Assembly (NCBI GenBank): GCA_046563655.1
Contig: CM102289.1
Span: forward strand, 3,348,001 to 3,412,000
Direction: 5' to 3'
DNA length: 64,000 bases
From: Yuukianura sp. NJ FZ-2021
Taxonomy: Eukaryota
In this document: piece after piece, positions 1 through 11,800 of the stretch
How positions within the stretch are numbered: the stretch's first letter is position 1
How the letters are laid out: the number at the start of each line of letters is the position of its first letter
The notes under the pieces: generated by a model
The model's database searches: none
What the model was told of the DNA's origin: nothing
Seen by the model: the letters and a program-made list of their open reading frames with translations, nothing else
Program-made: the position numbers and the translations under genes

Positions 1-91
1 TTAATCAGTCTTAAAGTTATTTTGTTTGATTTGATTTTTCTTTTATTCAACTTTTTTTAACTTAACAACTTATAAATTTTGTTTTTTAAAT

Positions 92-228
92 AATACAATT
101 TACTTTATATTTTTTAAATTTTTAAATTTTTACTATTTTATTAAACTTTTTAACTTTATAACTTCTTAATTTATTATAAAGAATACAATTTACTTTATAT
201 TTAAAACTTTTTTAAATTTTTTACTTTT
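92..228. repeat. Imperfect AT-rich direct repeat, about 90-bp spacing, downstream of the F-box-like ORF
   Basis: aatacaatttactttatatt occurs at 92 and 182, each followed by similar ttttaaattttt-act sequence. Confidence 0.6.
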
Positions 229-287
229 AACATTTATTACAACATTATAAATAATCTAATTATTTCAAAAATTTATTGTCGTTTTAT

Positions 288-1061
288 TTAGTTACGTTTG
301 CTCAAACGCTGAAGAGCTAAGCGACGACGATATATGTTTAGCTTAAAAAAAGCAGCAGATTGTTTCAATTCCTTCCGACGACGAATCCATCGTTGGAACT
401 TTTCTTTGCGCAAACGTTGCAATTTTTCTTCGCGCATTTTTAATTGATATTTTCGATGAGATTCTTCCAACTCTTTGTCAAATTCAATGGATGACTCCAG
501 AAGTAGCCGCCGGAGTTCCTGATTTCTCTCCCCACGATGTCGTGCGTCTTCAATACTTCCAAGGGCTTGATACGTTTCGTATCTGCATCCGTACGTCTCG
601 TATCTGCAGCTGTAGCGATGAGGCGTGATGTTGATTACAGTGTCATCCCGAAAAATGCCGCGCTCAAAGTCGAATTTTTCGGTGAGGGGTAGTAGCTCTT
701 CGATGGAACAATTTTTGAATAGTGAAACTTCGACTGACGTCCTGAGTGGTGCAATCGCCGTCACAAAGTTTTTCGCCGTAAGGACGCGTCCAATCGGAAA
801 ACTTTTTAGAGCCGCCAGCACAACTCTAAACATTTGTTTCTTCTTGAATTCAAGATGGACGATATGTGTCTCACCAACACTTATCATAAATGGGGTGTAC
901 TCTGCAACTTTGGCAGCCATCTTGTCAAGCATTGGCTTGAGTATGGCTAAGGAATCTGGAAATACTTTAGCCAGTTGCAAAGCGCTAGACCTGTCCAAAT
1001 TTGAAAATATTTCTAATTGGCACAGGTATGGGAGCTGCTCGAAATCGAATTTATATGCCAT
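288..1061 (-). CDS. Intronless 257-aa protein with N-terminal F-box-like motif and basic, coiled-coil-like C-terminus
   Basis: Longest ORF in the window. First ATG at 1061 (gaaATGg); the ORF track starts at an upstream TTG at 1088. FEQLPYLCQLEIFSNLDRSSALQLAKV resembles the F-box pattern LP.E...IF..L....L..V. AATAAA on the minus strand overlaps the stop codon (283-288), with a second copy at 272-277. Internal repeat CRYETYGCRYETY. Confidence 0.6.
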   Translation of the reverse strand: MAYKFDFEQLPYLCQLEIFSNLDRSSALQLAKVFPDSLAILKPMLDKMAAKVAEYTPFMISVGETHIVHLEFKKKQMFRVVLAALKSFPIGRVLTAKNFVTAIAPLRTSVEVSLFKNCSIEELLPLTEKFDFERGIFRDDTVINITPHRYSCRYETYGCRYETYQALGSIEDARHRGERNQELRRLLLESSIEFDKELEESHRKYQLKMREEKLQRLRKEKFQRWIRRRKELKQSAAFFKLNIYRRRLALQRLSKRN

Positions 1062-1202
1062 TTCGACAATAACAAATTTACTTTGCAATTACTGTTTTTA
1101 AAAAGTTTTTTTCAGTTGTTGACGCGGCAAGAGAGAAGCTGAAAATGAACAACTTTTTAACTTTGTAATACACAAAAATAAAAAAGTATTTGTTTTTGCT
1201 CC

Positions 1203-1330
1203 GGGCGTTGGAGAATTCAAGGAATTGACAAGTTCAAACAAGAACTTTCGTTTAAAAGTTCTTGGAATTTGTTAGGCCTCGGGTGTTGGAAAATTCTAGG
1301 AATTGTCAAGTTCAAACAAGAACTTTTGAG
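1203..1330. repeat. About 48-bp imperfect direct repeat, two copies, 78-bp period
   Basis: gggcgttggagaattcaaggaattgacaagttcaaacaagaacttt (1203) versus gggtgttggaaaattctaggaattgtcaagttcaaacaagaacttt (1281). Confidence 0.9.
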
Positions 1331-1961
1331 TTTTTTCCCTCCCCAATATTGCGGCCGACTAACCCCCGTGGATGTACTAAAAACAGGAGGGTGCTGTTGT
1401 CCCAACTTACTCACTACTATTCCAAAATAATGTTAAAAGCAATTCCTAGTTCAATATAATTTATAACTATTTACTGCATTTCTTCAAAAATTCTGCGATT
1501 TAACAATTTATCCTGAATAGCGAATTTAAAGTTCCTTACTAAATGCCAAATTTGGTGACTAAATTTTACTTAATCAATAAATAAACCTGCGTTTTATTAC
1601 TGAGCTAACGTAAGTTTGGTTAATGTTGTGTCACTTTTCTAGAATCTTCAATTCCTGAATTTCATAAGTGCCAAATCCGTTTTTGATCTAAGAGATCGGA
1701 TTCATAAGTCCTGGAGTTAGCTACGACTGCAACTTTCTTGCCAAAGCTGCGTAAATACTTCATAAGCAATGATGACGGACGTGCCCAGAATACAGAGAAA
1801 TTGTATCCAACATTTACCACGGTCACGGCGCTTCGACATGTTTTGGTTGCAACATCAACTTTTGCCTCTCTTCTAAGTGTTGCCGTTCTCAACATGTACA
1901 CGTTTTTTCAAAAATTGTGGAAAATTTAATAACAAAAAGTCTAAATTGGTACTTCGCTAAC

Positions 1962-1990
1962 GAGCCCGTTAACGGGCTCAAATTACTTGT
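1962..1990 (+). mobile_element. Possible Helitron-type 3' terminus (GC-rich hairpin followed by CTTG|T)
   Basis: Perfect 18-bp palindrome gagcccgttaacgggctc (1962-1979), then 6 nt, then cttgt. Canonical Helitron ends are a hairpin plus CTRR before a T; this one is CTTG. The 5' end was not identified. Confidence 0.4.
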
Positions 1991-4900
1991 ATTGTTCAAA
2001 TTTCTCTCTCCGAAATTTTAAAATATGAAACAGGAAGTTTTAGAGTTGGAGGCAGAATTGGACGTATCTTGTTCTGCCTTTCGCATGTGTCAAAAGATAA
2101 TAATTTTAAATGACGCGCGGAAAACAAAGTTTTCCCTTGTTTTGGGCTTATACTTTTCTAGGAAAAGTTTTAATGAGTTTCTTCGGTGTAGGGCTGGCCT
2201 GGTCGTGTTGTTAAATCTCTTCAAAGACTGGTATTGATTTCTTCCTGCCAAGAGGGAATCAAATTCTAATTAAAAAAGTTTCATTACGTTACTCCGGATA
2301 CGTATACGGTTAGTTTGGAAAGAAATAAGGCTAACATTGTGTGGTAGCAGAGCGTAAATAAAAACTGATAGAAAACTTCATAACAAAAAGTTATGGTTTG
2401 AACAGCCCGTGTCAAAACACGCCGTCCACAACAAAAAGTTTTAGTAATCTCAGTTTAAAAATAAAATTTAAATGGCGCCAATTTCAAACTTTTGAAATTA
2501 AATTCACTCTTTTTTTCTAACCACTTTGTAAAAAACTAATGAGTAATGACATTCCAATTAGAGCTAGTCCATACGTCGGATAGTATGGTTTTGCTGTGCT
2601 AACATTTTTTCAATTTAACTTCTGCAAGTCAAGTTGAGTCGAAAAGTTGCGTCGTACCACACGTCCACAAGGAATGTGTTGAATTCAGTTAACTACAGAT
2701 AGAAAGTAATAAAATATTCAAACAGAGCTATGGCCAGCGGAAGAGGATTCTGGTGTAAATGCCCTCGAAAGTTCAAAATGACCAAAGCCTCTAGCTAACT
2801 GCTTTCTCTCGCTTTCTCTTTTATTCTAACGCTCTCTAGAAGATCTTTGAGAATGGACCAAAAATTGAAAAGAGCTAAGCTCAAGGGAATCACAAATAAA
2901 GTTGTAAGGAATTCAGCAATGGCTTTTCTTCTGCTTTTTTTCTAGCAGTCCTTATTTTCTAATCATCGGCTTCCCTCCGCCTCGGTAGTATCTGGAAGCT
3001 GGGTTAGGTTTGGACTTAATCGGAGCGCGACAGGACTATTTATGGGAGCCCATCCTTTAACCCGCCTCTTTGAACTCATTCGACCAAACGTCCCGGGCAC
3101 AGCGAATTGCTTCGAAAGTCTTTTCTGGTTATGTTTATGAACCTCCCGGTCGGAAATCCTTTCGTCTCGTTCGCGTTTCAGTGCTAACAACTGTCGTGTC
3201 CCACATACGATAAATACTGATTTACTTTCACTTCTATTCCCAGAAAATAGTCAACAGAAAATGAAACTGAAAAAATAGGACAATACAGACACAATACTTA
3301 CAGTATAAAAGGTAATTCTGAGCTGTCTTATCGGATTGGCTTATCGCCGAGAATAACTTTTTATGACTTGTTGAAGAAATAAGAAATCTTACCCGCCATA
3401 ATTCTCTGGTTTTCAGACAAAACAAGATATTTCTGATTTTTTCTCCATAATTTTGGAATGCTATGATTTTCATTGGAAAATTTTTGATCTTTGAAAAAAG
3501 CTTTGTCAAAAAAAAAAAAATTGTCGCAATCTGGCTTCAGCGGAATTGCGGTTTTCCAGCATTGTGATTCCAACTAAAAGCGGAAATTTGTTAAGTTAGT
3601 ACAGGAGCCTAATTTGTTTGAATTTCAGAGATTTCATCATGGTTAATGCGCATATTGCAAATGACTTCCCTTGCATTACTGTATAATAAACGACTTCGTT
3701 AAACCACATTTTGAACAGTTTGTAAAATTATGCTTTCATGGGGTTTCAAGTTTGTCAGAATCTTGTTCAATCCTAAAAATTTTTTAAAATTATCAGATTA
3801 AAAATCTCTCGACTCACGTTTAAAACTTTTTGAACTTGACCATACTAACTGGGAAAGACTTTCATTTCATAAACCGGAACACAAAAATCCTTCTGATGTA
3901 AGGTAGGTGTTTTAGGAGAACGGAATTATTCTATTGTAACATCCGCTTTTGGCTTCATTAACGGAACGAGTTTGTGAAAAGGATAGGAAGAGCTCAAATC
4001 TCGACAGAATACTAATTCCGGGTGGTAAAATTGGAGGGATTCTGTATACCCATGGTGTGGTTTGTAGGATTGATGTTTGCCTGCTACTTTCCTCCATTTC
4101 CTACGTGATGAGAAATTTGTAGGAAATGAAAAGACCTTGCTCATTAATGTTATAAATTGACCTACAGATCGCTTCATTACTCTCTACTTCCTTTCAGCGT
4201 CTCCTTTCATCTTAGCTTCCACTTTGTTCAGCTTCCTAAGTCTTAGAAACCGCCCATTTCCGCTCAAACGTATTTATACACATAGTGTATTATTAAGTAT
4301 TGTCGGATACTTATAGCGATCGTCTTGCCCGTCCGTCCTTCAGTCCGTCTGTAGTATTTATAACCCGAAAACCACGATACAGATTTTCGTTGATTATCAT
4401 TAACTGCTTGCCTGATGGCTGTATCCGATTTTGGATTGGCTTCAAGTGATCTCTAAAGTCAAAGCTATCGGTTTTTTTACATTTCGGAAGTAAATGGAAC
4501 GCTTCCGCAACGATTTGTGGGAGTGAATCTTCGAAGCAGCGAGAATAAATGTTTCGACTATTGATTGACTTCAAGTGACCTCTATCAATCCCATAAGTCA
4601 AGACCGACGATATTATGCAAGGAAGTTCTCTATTGATCTGACGATACTTACTTACATTGTCTTTGCAAAAAGTCCATTTTCAACAAGGTTTACGAAACTT
4701 AAGTTTCGACGGGAGAAGCTAATTTCTTTCCCGAATCTTCAAATATTACACAAAAAACGCTTTCTTAGTTAATGAATTCGGTTGAAATGCAGTGTCACGC
4801 GAAATTAGGCACCGTCAGCATAATGGATTCACGCTAAGCTTAGGTTTAGCACGCTCCAGTCTTGGAGGAGTGTCCTAGCCTTATTGACTTTTTGAACCAT

Positions 4901-5557
4901 TAGAGTCTTGAGCCAACAATTAGACAGTTACAATTTAAAGTTTAGCCCAGTCTGTCTAGATATGGCGCAACGCTTCTCTGGCCCCCACCATCATTTCCCA
5001 CGTCGTTTTATACTAAACTAGCTAAAGTGGAAGCAGAAGTGTTGCTAGGTGAAAGTTATGCTGTGCTCTCTTTGGCTTCTCTATGACTTGGAGTTTGACT
5101 TTTAGTGAACAAAGTTAACCTAAGGCTCTTTTGTTAGGTTGATTGTGGTTAGTGGCGATGCATAGAGAAGTGAAAGTTGACAACTGCTTGGCATATAATT
5201 CCGCTTTGAAAGAGACAAATGATGGAGTCATTTAATTCCTGAGGGAAGCACATGTCAAAATAAACTTTCGAGGAAACACGACGTTTGAGGCGCAGATAGC
5301 ATATGCATGGGTTTCCATCCTTTTGTCGCCAGTTCAAAACGGATGTCAGAATGTGTCCTATGGTTCCCTCCAGAATTGTCAAAACTCACAACCTGACGAA
5401 AAGTCAACCAAACTATTTTCACTTTAGGCATGAACAGACTTTCACCTAAACCTAGTCCAAACTCATTTCCGCTAAGTGCTGATAGACCTAAACCTAGTAC
5501 CCTGCCGCATTTTGGTACCGAATCTGCCAATTACATAACTGAGATAAATGATTTTAT

Positions 5558-5813
5558 AGCAAGGTTTGTTGACTTTTATTTTCTTCAACAGGTTGAGTAA
5601 TGCCTTATGTTTTTTCGACTTTGTACAAAAATTAGTGTCTTTCATTTCATTGTATCGTAGAAATAACAATACAGCCGTAAAATTTTAAATTTTACATACG
5701 AATTGTTGCCAATTTTTTTGAATTTGTACCAAAATTGGTACCAAATTTTTTTTCATTTTTATTGTTAGCAAGCGTGGTAGTACTCAGCCTGTTAAAGAAA
5801 ATTTATTTTTCGT
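5558..5813 (-). repeat. Diverged interspersed repeat, copy 1 (inverted relative to 55381-55682)
   Basis: The reverse complement aligns with 55381-55682: shared aattttcttt.acagg, gtactac, aattggtaccaattttggtac, aattcgtatg, cggctgtattgttat and aaagtcaacaaaccttgct. Confidence 0.8.
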
Positions 5814-8800
5814 AGTCAAGGAACCTTGGGTTTTATTATGTTAGGGAGGCGTATCTAACCGATTACTGTGTTAGCTTATGATATATACTGGGTTATGAAC
5901 TGTATTTAGAGAGGTCATTCTCTCAAAGCACCTCCACTAAATCTTGTTTATGGGTCAGATATTTCGGAAAGTGTGGATAGTTTGGACATGTCAAAGCATA
6001 AATTATTAATGGTGGAGGTGATTCATAGAGACTGGAGAGACACGATGGGGATCAAAGATAGGAAATCCCCTTAAGGTTGGCACAAACTTATGAGGGACAT
6101 TCCCTCGGTCTTATTCCGATCCATATCTTTAATTTAGAAAAGTCATTGGAATGGATGCACCTTCTTCTTTCTTTTGGCTTCTAGTATACGAGAAATTATT
6201 AGGTAAAATGGGAACCTACGACGGTTTGGGTCTGAGCACGCGGCAAGAACTTTTTTTTTGGTCCGTGCATTGGAGTGTTTTATGTTCAGAACTTCCCCAC
6301 TGAATTTAGAACTCTTTTTTTTTCTTCGTACAAACTACAAAAGGAAGAATTAAATGGAGAATCTTTGCTTTTTATCACTTTCTCCATTTCCTCTATATCT
6401 CCAAGAAAACTGTTATGGGAAAATGCAAAAGTGCAATAACACCCGGCTAACAGGACATGAATACTGCAAGATCTGACGCAAATTACTAACTTAAGTAGTA
6501 TTCTTAAGAAAACTAACTTAACCAAACCTAAAAACCTAACGTGACGCTCTCTAATACAATGGATGCATTCCCTGACTTCATACGCTCTACTCTACCAAAA
6601 AATGCATTCAACAAGAATAAAACCAAAGACGCTAAATCGCGAATCCGCCCTATTAATATGCACATTCTGCAATAATTTAAGTTTTTTTTAATTGTGTTAA
6701 ATTTTTTTCAAATTTTAGTTATTCTGAAATTTTTCTTCCAATCTGCAAGTAACGTATTGTTGCACCTTAGTTTCATTTTGTACTTCAAAAAAGAGCGGCG
6801 TTGGAAGTGTGTGACATGCATCGCTAAAGTTATTAACTTGGGTTATAGGCAATAATGCAATTCAGATTCTTGAAAACTAGCGCTATATTGGGTTTTCGTT
6901 GTTCTGCTCTTAAGTTTTTTAATGCCGGAACAGAAAATAAAAGTGTTTTAGTGTTTTTTGCTCTTAAGAAATGATGCTTTTACTTTTTTAAGGTTCCACT
7001 TTCCTGCATGATGGCTGAATTGCCAATTTTATTAAGGTGTACTTCCACGGCCTCTTTCGAGTTATTATATTTTTACAGCAGAGCACTAAATTCACTGTAG
7101 CCCCACTTTCAACGAAAAAATTCCCAGGTAAACTCAGCAAACCAGTTGGAGGCCTTATCGGAACGTCAAATTTTGAAAACGCTTTTTATATTTTTCACAG
7201 TAAAAAAATTTTTGAGTGAAGAAAAAATGAATTCAAAGAAAGCATGACCTGAGTGATGATTGATCGGGCGAAAGACGGAAGAGGAAGAATGGCGGCTTAG
7301 CGTGGGTTTCTATTGTTGGCAGTTGAGGGAGACGCATCACTCTAAAAACTTCCTATCCATTCACATAAAATACAATGGCCACTTGGACAGGACCATCGCC
7401 TGGAAGAAAGGACCGGAGAAAGCATTCTTCCATGTCCACATATATGCCCAACAGTAAGAAATTGAAGACGAGAAAGCCAAAACTTTTACTTCCTCCATGT
7501 CCGTTTATTGCGCCAAATTCCAAAAAGGCTTTTGACACTTTACTTCACCAAAAAAATGTTTGGAAGAACATTACCATAAAGAAACCGTAACTCAATTTTG
7601 ACGCCTTTTCGATTTCATACCTATACTCACATTAGACCCTCAACGACTCATACTATGCATGACATACTGCAGTTTTACTTCACTGTTACACTTCTGGAAA
7701 GTTTTGAGAAACTTGAAAATTGAATTACGATCAACTTTTGCTCAAAGTTTAAATGCGTTTCTTTTCAAATAGAAATGTGGAAATTACTGCGCGAAAATCG
7801 ATTACTAATAAAATTTTCATTTGCTCGACAATTTGTAATCAGAGCCTGGTGGAATAATTAAAGTGAAGTGTAATTAATAAACATGAAGTCATAGTGTACC
7901 TGCCAACACAGTTACTTTCAAATGTTAATTGCCAGACTACTACACTTTACTGCGTACTGAATTGAAGGAATGTTTCTTCAAAGTCAGTTCCTGCGAAGGT
8001 AGTTTCTCGCACTTGAATATTAAACATCACAAGAGTCAACAGACCTCGAATTTGCCATTGAAAAGCTGCGAGTCTGTTTTCCTGCCTTTGTTAATACCAT
8101 TACTTGAGAAGTCGTCTTGCCTAACCAAACTGTCCTTAAAGAGGAAGATGAAAGTTTGGAGTTTTAATTCGGACGGAAACGCAGAGGAAGCTAATTCCTT
8201 TCATGTAAAACTTTCTCCACTTTCTGTCTAACTTGAGACGCAGCAGAAGAAGAGGAAGCAAGAGGCTCAAAAGTCTTCAAAGTTAGTGACAGTCCGTGAA
8301 TTAAAAGAATATGGTGACTTTTTCTCAGAGAAAGTAGAATCTCTTGCTTTCTCTTCTAGAACGAAAGTAGATGCTGGTAGAGTGGGTGGGAAGGACATTA
8401 GTCTAAATTAGAGAAAAAGAAGTGGCCTCACATGTTGTGGAGGAACCTTAAAGTAATTACAGTGTCTTCTATGTCTTCCCGCCTAGTCACTAGTTAAGTT
8501 AGGTTAGGCGCTTATAGCTTAGGCGGAAGAAGGGGCGGGAGAAAGTTCTGGCGGCGAAAGCGAGAGGAAAATAAAGGAAATCAAATCCTGAGCTTTAGAA
8601 TAGAAGCCAAGCTATTCTTTCTAAAAAAAAAATCTTTTCTAAAAATTAAAAAAAAAATGTATTTTCTCTGCCAAAGTAGAAAAAAGCGGAAAAAGCACAG
8701 AAATGAGAGAACTTGGAGAAAGAAATTTAGCAAATATGAAGTCATTTTGAAAGGAAGAACGGATGTCCTTTTTCCCTTGTGCTTTTCAAATGAAAAGACG

Positions 8801-11800
8801 GACGAGCATAAACATTACTTTCCATTGACTTTATTCGAGGCGAAAGAATAACCTCACTTTGAAAAGGTTAGGCTAGGCGGAGAAAGCATTAGGTTAAGCT
8901 AGAGAACAGATTTTGAGTGCGGAACCTGCTTCTCTGTTTGCATCACTGGACATTTCTGGAGTCAAATTCATATTGAAGAGGCGCTGGAAAGGAAAAACAG
9001 GAAATACTTGAATCTTATACTGTTGAAACTGTTCCACCTTCTTTTTTTATTTTGGAAACGTTGCAGAAGGAATTGACTTTTTCGCCTAACTAAATTAAAT
9101 TGGATTGTAAAGAATTGCAATACGGAGATAGAAAGGATAAAGAAGAAAGGATTTAAGATCTAGCACTACCATTCCTTCTCAGGTTGAGACATCATTCTCA
9201 CGAGATTCATTCCAGGATTCTGATTAAGAAAGCAATTTTAGAAAATTACACAAATTTCCCTGGATAGTTACTCCCTCTTCCTTTCTTGTGAAAGACTAAG
9301 AAAGTGCCGCCGGCACAAGAATTTTAAGATTCTCAGAAATATTGAGTTCTGGTTGGAATAAGTTAGAGAAGGAGAAATTCAAATTCAGTGAAGAAACTTC
9401 CAGAAGGCCTCACTTATTTATCACTCTTCCACTCCAAGTTGGAAGTCAAAAACATCTTGAATTTTGGCGTGTCTGGGATGCTCAATAGTTATACCTGAAG
9501 TCAAGTCAAAGACTATGACTTCTGCGCATGGATCTATGCTGACCTCACAATTAGCACAATAAATTAGCTTCTGCCTAAAAGTTACAAGGCCCTGCTAAAT
9601 TAGGGAAAATAAACTTTGATCTTGAAGTAGAGTGAAACTTTGAAATTCAAACTTTGAACATGAATCTTCAAATGGGAAAAAATCGCTTTCACTTCTCTCT
9701 TTTAAACGAAGATGAAAGGAAAGGTAAAATTCATGCCTAATTTTTGGCTTGAAGTTGTTTTTAAACAGAGGCGGGCGTCTGTGAAAAGTTGTTTGGTTTA
9801 GTTTTCGTGTTGTGTGGGCTACTTAATCTTAAACTCTCTTGCTGTCTGGAGAATAACGTTGCTCATTAGAATGCTGTAGACCAAGCTAACCTAACCGGTA
9901 TGAGATGGTAATGCTGAGGAAAAGAGAATGTTATTGATTCACTTTGGCTACTTGACTTTCCCTTCTGCCAAAGGCCTTAGAAGTGGAAAGACGAGAGATC
10001 CACTTTCCCTTTACTCTTCTCGCCTACTCTACAAAAAGAGAACCAAAACCTAACTTAAACCTAACCTTAGTGTTCCCTGCTCTAGTTATTGGCTTCACTA
10101 TCTCAAAATCACTAAAAAACCGCCACAGAGGCTCATATCCAACGATTGGATGAGATCAAGCATGAGGCCATGGAGGCACTACGACCCTTCTTCATAATGC
10201 GTTTCAGCTTCAGTGCTTTTCCGCTCTAGTGCTCACAAGTCCTAGTCCACTGACGGTGCATCGATTCCACCAGCACAGGACAATCTTTTTGAAATTTTAA
10301 AATTGAAGTGTTTGAAAAAAGCAAATTCTGTAGTTTCGTGTTTGAAAATATACGAGAGTATATACAGTTTCCCCCAAAAGACAAAGAAAAATATATATAT
10401 ACATAAAATTCCAGTTGCTAGATTTTTCTCGCACAAAATTCTCAGCAATGCAAATGCTATAAAGTTTTATATCATTCTGCTTAACGTCGTTTTATTTAGG
10501 CGATGACACGATTTTGACATCTTACAAGGTTGCTTGACAACCGATTTGTATCTCCTACAACAGGTTTTCCAAAATCTGTTTTCAAACCATTTTTTAAAAC
10601 AATTCCATTTACATACATTTTTAAACCAATTACATACACATTACCATAGGAGGGAAGATTTGCTATTAAAAAAAATTTAAAACTTCGAGTTGGTGAACAA
10701 CCTGATGTAGATAAATATTTTTCTTGTTTACGAACCTTGGACATCTACGTTTTCGACAGTCCGTGATTCGAATCTTCGTGGTTGAGTTTCCGTTTCAATC
10801 TAGTCATTCGTTCACCGTGTTTACATAGGCATTGTTGGAAAAAAGCGCTTCATCTCCAGAAATGCAATTTCGCACTTCAGAATCTAGATTCTACAGGATA
10901 CGACTGTGGTCTATTACAACTGTGTTGGGTTTTTAGGAAGATTGGTGGGGTTGAGTTATAAAGCTGTAACATATGTGTTAGGGTGAGATGAAGATGTGGA
11001 GGCAATTACGGAGATTCTATTTCTTGGGATCTCACTTAAGTTTGAGTTTAGTGAGCCCATGGGCCTGTTCCAGAAGTGTTTCTAGTTAGGTTTAGGTCTA
11101 ACCGTACCCTGGGAAGGAAGCAGCAGGGCGATGGGTTTATGGGTATTTGAGAAACAGGAAATGGGAATCGATGGTAGGCATGCGGGTAGATTGAATTCCG
11201 CTGTTCCGGATTCATGTGCAACTTCGTGCGGTGAATCTGGGCTACGCTTGGCTGGAACCTCTTCGGCGGAAGTGGGAGACGACAAAATGCTTGTGGGAGG
11301 CCTAGCCCTCCATTTACATAAGAGACTTGGCTTATTCAGCCAAGCAAGCAGAGACGCTCTCACTAAAATTGCGCTCGTGTCAATGAATTTCCTTCATCAT
11401 CATATCTATCTTCCAGTCCAACCACATTGTCAAACTTAGTTTTAGCACAAGTTTCAAAACTTTCACCAGCCACAAGCACGGACAGCCTCTGAAGCAGATG
11501 AGATCAAAATCCTCGTTGAAAAATATTTTTAAGTCGAGAGTGCTGTTGACGCTGGATCGTCGTTTTTATCGTTAATTTTGCTTGGATATTTTTTCCAAAA
11601 TGTTTGTCACAATTTTTTTGTGTTCAACCGAGAATGGCAGAATTCGGAGGATTTAAGGTTATGTTAGGTAGCTAGTCTATTTTAAATGTAAAGCTCAGTT
11701 TACTGTTCATGTGAGGAGAAAGCTACACAACAATTTCCGGAGAACATCCCAATTCCATAGACATGAACAGGAAGTTCCACAATCTGCTTTCACCTTAACC

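Noticed and set aside
625..1101. 158-aa + strand ORF
   Set aside because: Antisense shadow of the F-box-like ORF, with no recognisable motif.
5900..6040. YFGKCG*FGHVK, faintly like a gag zinc knuckle
   Set aside because: First and last Cys are missing, there are in-frame stops, and no neighbouring retroelement domains are visible.
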